Source: Elusimicrobiota bacterium (GTDB lineage Bacteria > CG03 > SLGR01 > JBDRKX01). From it: a stretch of DNA of 28,245 nucleotides. The position numbers and the translations under genes are program-made. The notes under the pieces are model-generated. The model saw only the letters and a program-made list of their open reading frames with translations. It made no database searches and was not told the origin of the DNA. The first letter of the stretch is position 1. Each line of letters opens with the position of its first letter. Of the stretch, positions 27,092-28,245 are shown piece after piece. The stretch lies in contig JBDRKX010000094.1 in NCBI GenBank assembly GCA_043813605.1, positions 1 through 28,245 of the forward strand. The letters are read 5' to 3'.

Positions 27092-27189
27092 GAATGGTGA
27101 TACCCTAGCGCTCAGCCCTCGACATGGGCTGCTGGCTCGAGAGACGCGCTCGTCTCCGGTGATGAGCGGATGGGACGATAGGAGGCCTC

Positions 27190-27429
27190 ATGGCTGCGCT
27201 ACCTTTGGGCATAGGACCGATGGAACTCATCATCATCCTCATCATCATCCTGTTGCTCTTCGGCCCCAAGCGCCTGCCCCAGCTGGGCAAGTCGCTCGGC
27301 AAGACCGTCAAGGCGATCCGCGAGGGCGTGGAGAGCACTGACGCGGACGACGACGACGATGAGGACGACGTGAAGGTGAAGGCCTCGGAGCCGACCGAAG
27401 AGAAGTCGTCCACGACCGACGAGGTGTAG
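27190..27429 (+). CDS. tatA: Sec-independent translocase TatA
   Basis: IGPMELIIILIIILLLFGPKRLPQLGKSLGK followed by an acidic tail. Confidence 0.96.
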   Translation: MAALPLGIGPMELIIILIIILLLFGPKRLPQLGKSLGKTVKAIREGVESTDADDDDDEDDVKVKASEPTEEKSSTTDEV

Positions 27430-27454
27430 CGGGAGGTCCGTTCGCCTTCTCTCA

Positions 27455-27504
27455 GACGAGGACCTCGAGGGTGGGTCGAACTCCCGCTTCCGAGGTCTCT
27501 TGTC
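27455..27504 (+). terminator. Long hairpin after tatA
   Basis: GACGAG-GACCTCG-AGG-GTGGG...CCCGC-TTC-CGAGGTC-TCTTGTC. Confidence 0.55.
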
Positions 27505-27527
27505 ATACCCCACCCGTACGCTATAAT
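27500..27527 (+). promoter_or_regulatory. Sigma70-type promoter for greA-lysS
   Basis: TTGTCA-N16-TATAAT in an otherwise GC-rich context. Confidence 0.7.
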
Positions 27528-27625
27528 CGTCGCCGACCTTCTACCAGGCGTGGGGTACGGTGACAGTCGACCCGGCGCCGATGTGGATGTCACGAGCAGC
27601 CGCTACTACTCACGGGGGAGTACGC

Positions 27626-28099
27626 ATGCCCAAGGAGATGGCCCTCACCAAAGAGGGGATCACAGAACTCGAGGATGAACTCACCCACCTTGAGAACGTG
27701 CGACGCCGCGAGATCGGCGATCGCATCAAGGAGGCCAAGGAGTGGGGCGACCTCTCGGAGAACTCCGAATACGAGGACGCCAAGAACGAGCAGGCCTTCG
27801 TCGAAGCCCGCATCAGCGAGATCAACCAGATCCTGGCGAACTCCACGGTCATCACCCCGCCGAAGCGCATCACCAAAGTCATCCTGGGTTCCCAGGTACA
27901 CCTCAAGGACGCACGTGACGGCAGCGAGCGGCGCTACCGTCTCGTCGGCTCCGCCGAGGCCGACCCGTCACGCGACAAGATCTCCAACGAGTCGCCCGTC
28001 GGCAAGGCGCTGCTCGGGGCCAAGAGGGGGGACGTCGTCAAGGTGACCGTGCCTTCGGGCAAGGTGTTCGCGTACGAGGTGTTGGCCGTCGGAAGGTAG
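27626..28099 (+). CDS. greA: Transcription elongation factor GreA (high-GC copy)
   Basis: Motifs AKEWGDLSENSEYEDAKNEQA and ISNESPVGKALLG. A GGGGAG RBS precedes ATG 27626. Confidence 0.97.
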   Translation: MPKEMALTKEGITELEDELTHLENVRRREIGDRIKEAKEWGDLSENSEYEDAKNEQAFVEARISEINQILANSTVITPPKRITKVILGSQVHLKDARDGSERRYRLVGSAEADPSRDKISNESPVGKALLGAKRGDVVKVTVPSGKVFAYEVLAVGR

Positions 28100-28105
28100 G
28101 CGCGC

Positions 28106-28245
28106 ATGACCGACCAGGGTCCCGAAGGACACGCCGGGCGCGGTGCCGGCGAAGAGATCCTGGCTGCACGTCGCGTCAAGCTGGACACACTCCGCGAGCG
28201 AGGGGTCGAACCCTACGCGAGCCGCTTCGACGTCACCCACCACTC
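28106..28245 (+). CDS. lysS: Lysine--tRNA ligase class II, 5' part (truncated by the window end)
   Basis: Manual translation gives MTDQGPEGHAGRGAGEEILAARRVKLDTLRERGVEPYASRFDVTHH. The greA-lysS order is conserved. Confidence 0.85.
   Translation, partial: MTDQGPEGHAGRGAGEEILAARRVKLDTLRERGVEPYASRFDVTHH

Noticed and set aside
23482..28243. Many long overlapping alternative-frame ORFs (e.g. 23482-24204, 25091-25879)
   Set aside because: These are shadow ORFs expected in high-GC DNA. They are Arg/Pro/Gly-rich and overlap well-supported genes.
23398..28245. Classical genomic island or prophage integrated at tRNA-Pro
   Set aside because: There is no integrase or mobility gene and no att repeat in the window, and the cargo is core housekeeping genes. 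It cannot be fully excluded because the far end is not visible.

Overview
This window is bacterial and almost entirely housekeeping sequence, but it splits into two compositionally different halves. Bases 1-~23320 are AT-rich (a sampled coding line is ~42% GC). They carry Mut7-C, recX, alaS, tRNA-Arg(CCG), a LOG-like gene, dtd, a Memo/AMMECR1 fusion, a membrane spermidine-synthase-like gene, SPFH, hflX, der, plsY, gpsA, HU/IHF, MerR, tRNA-Gly, tRNA-Pro, an RRM protein, a radical SAM enzyme, greA and four tandem stand-alone receiver-domain paralogues. Across tRNA-Pro(CGG) at 23321-23397 the sequence switches abruptly to high GC (a sampled line is ~68%). It continues with core genes of apparently actinobacterial style: DUF2085, SAM hydrolase, MTAP, rex, tatA, a second greA and the start of lysS. 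That tRNA has two adjacent G-U pairs in its acceptor stem, as expected for a hybrid, and no integrase follows it. The best reading is a chimeric join of two genomes through a conserved tRNA, not a genomic island. Other items worth checking are a 117-bp structured element flanked by a 20-bp duplication of the tRNA-Arg 3' end, the mosaic receiver-gene array, a lipobox on the Memo/AMMECR1 fusion, and a candidate structured RNA upstream of the SPFH-hflX operon. I found no CRISPR array, transposase or integrase. All family assignments are from motif recognition by eye.
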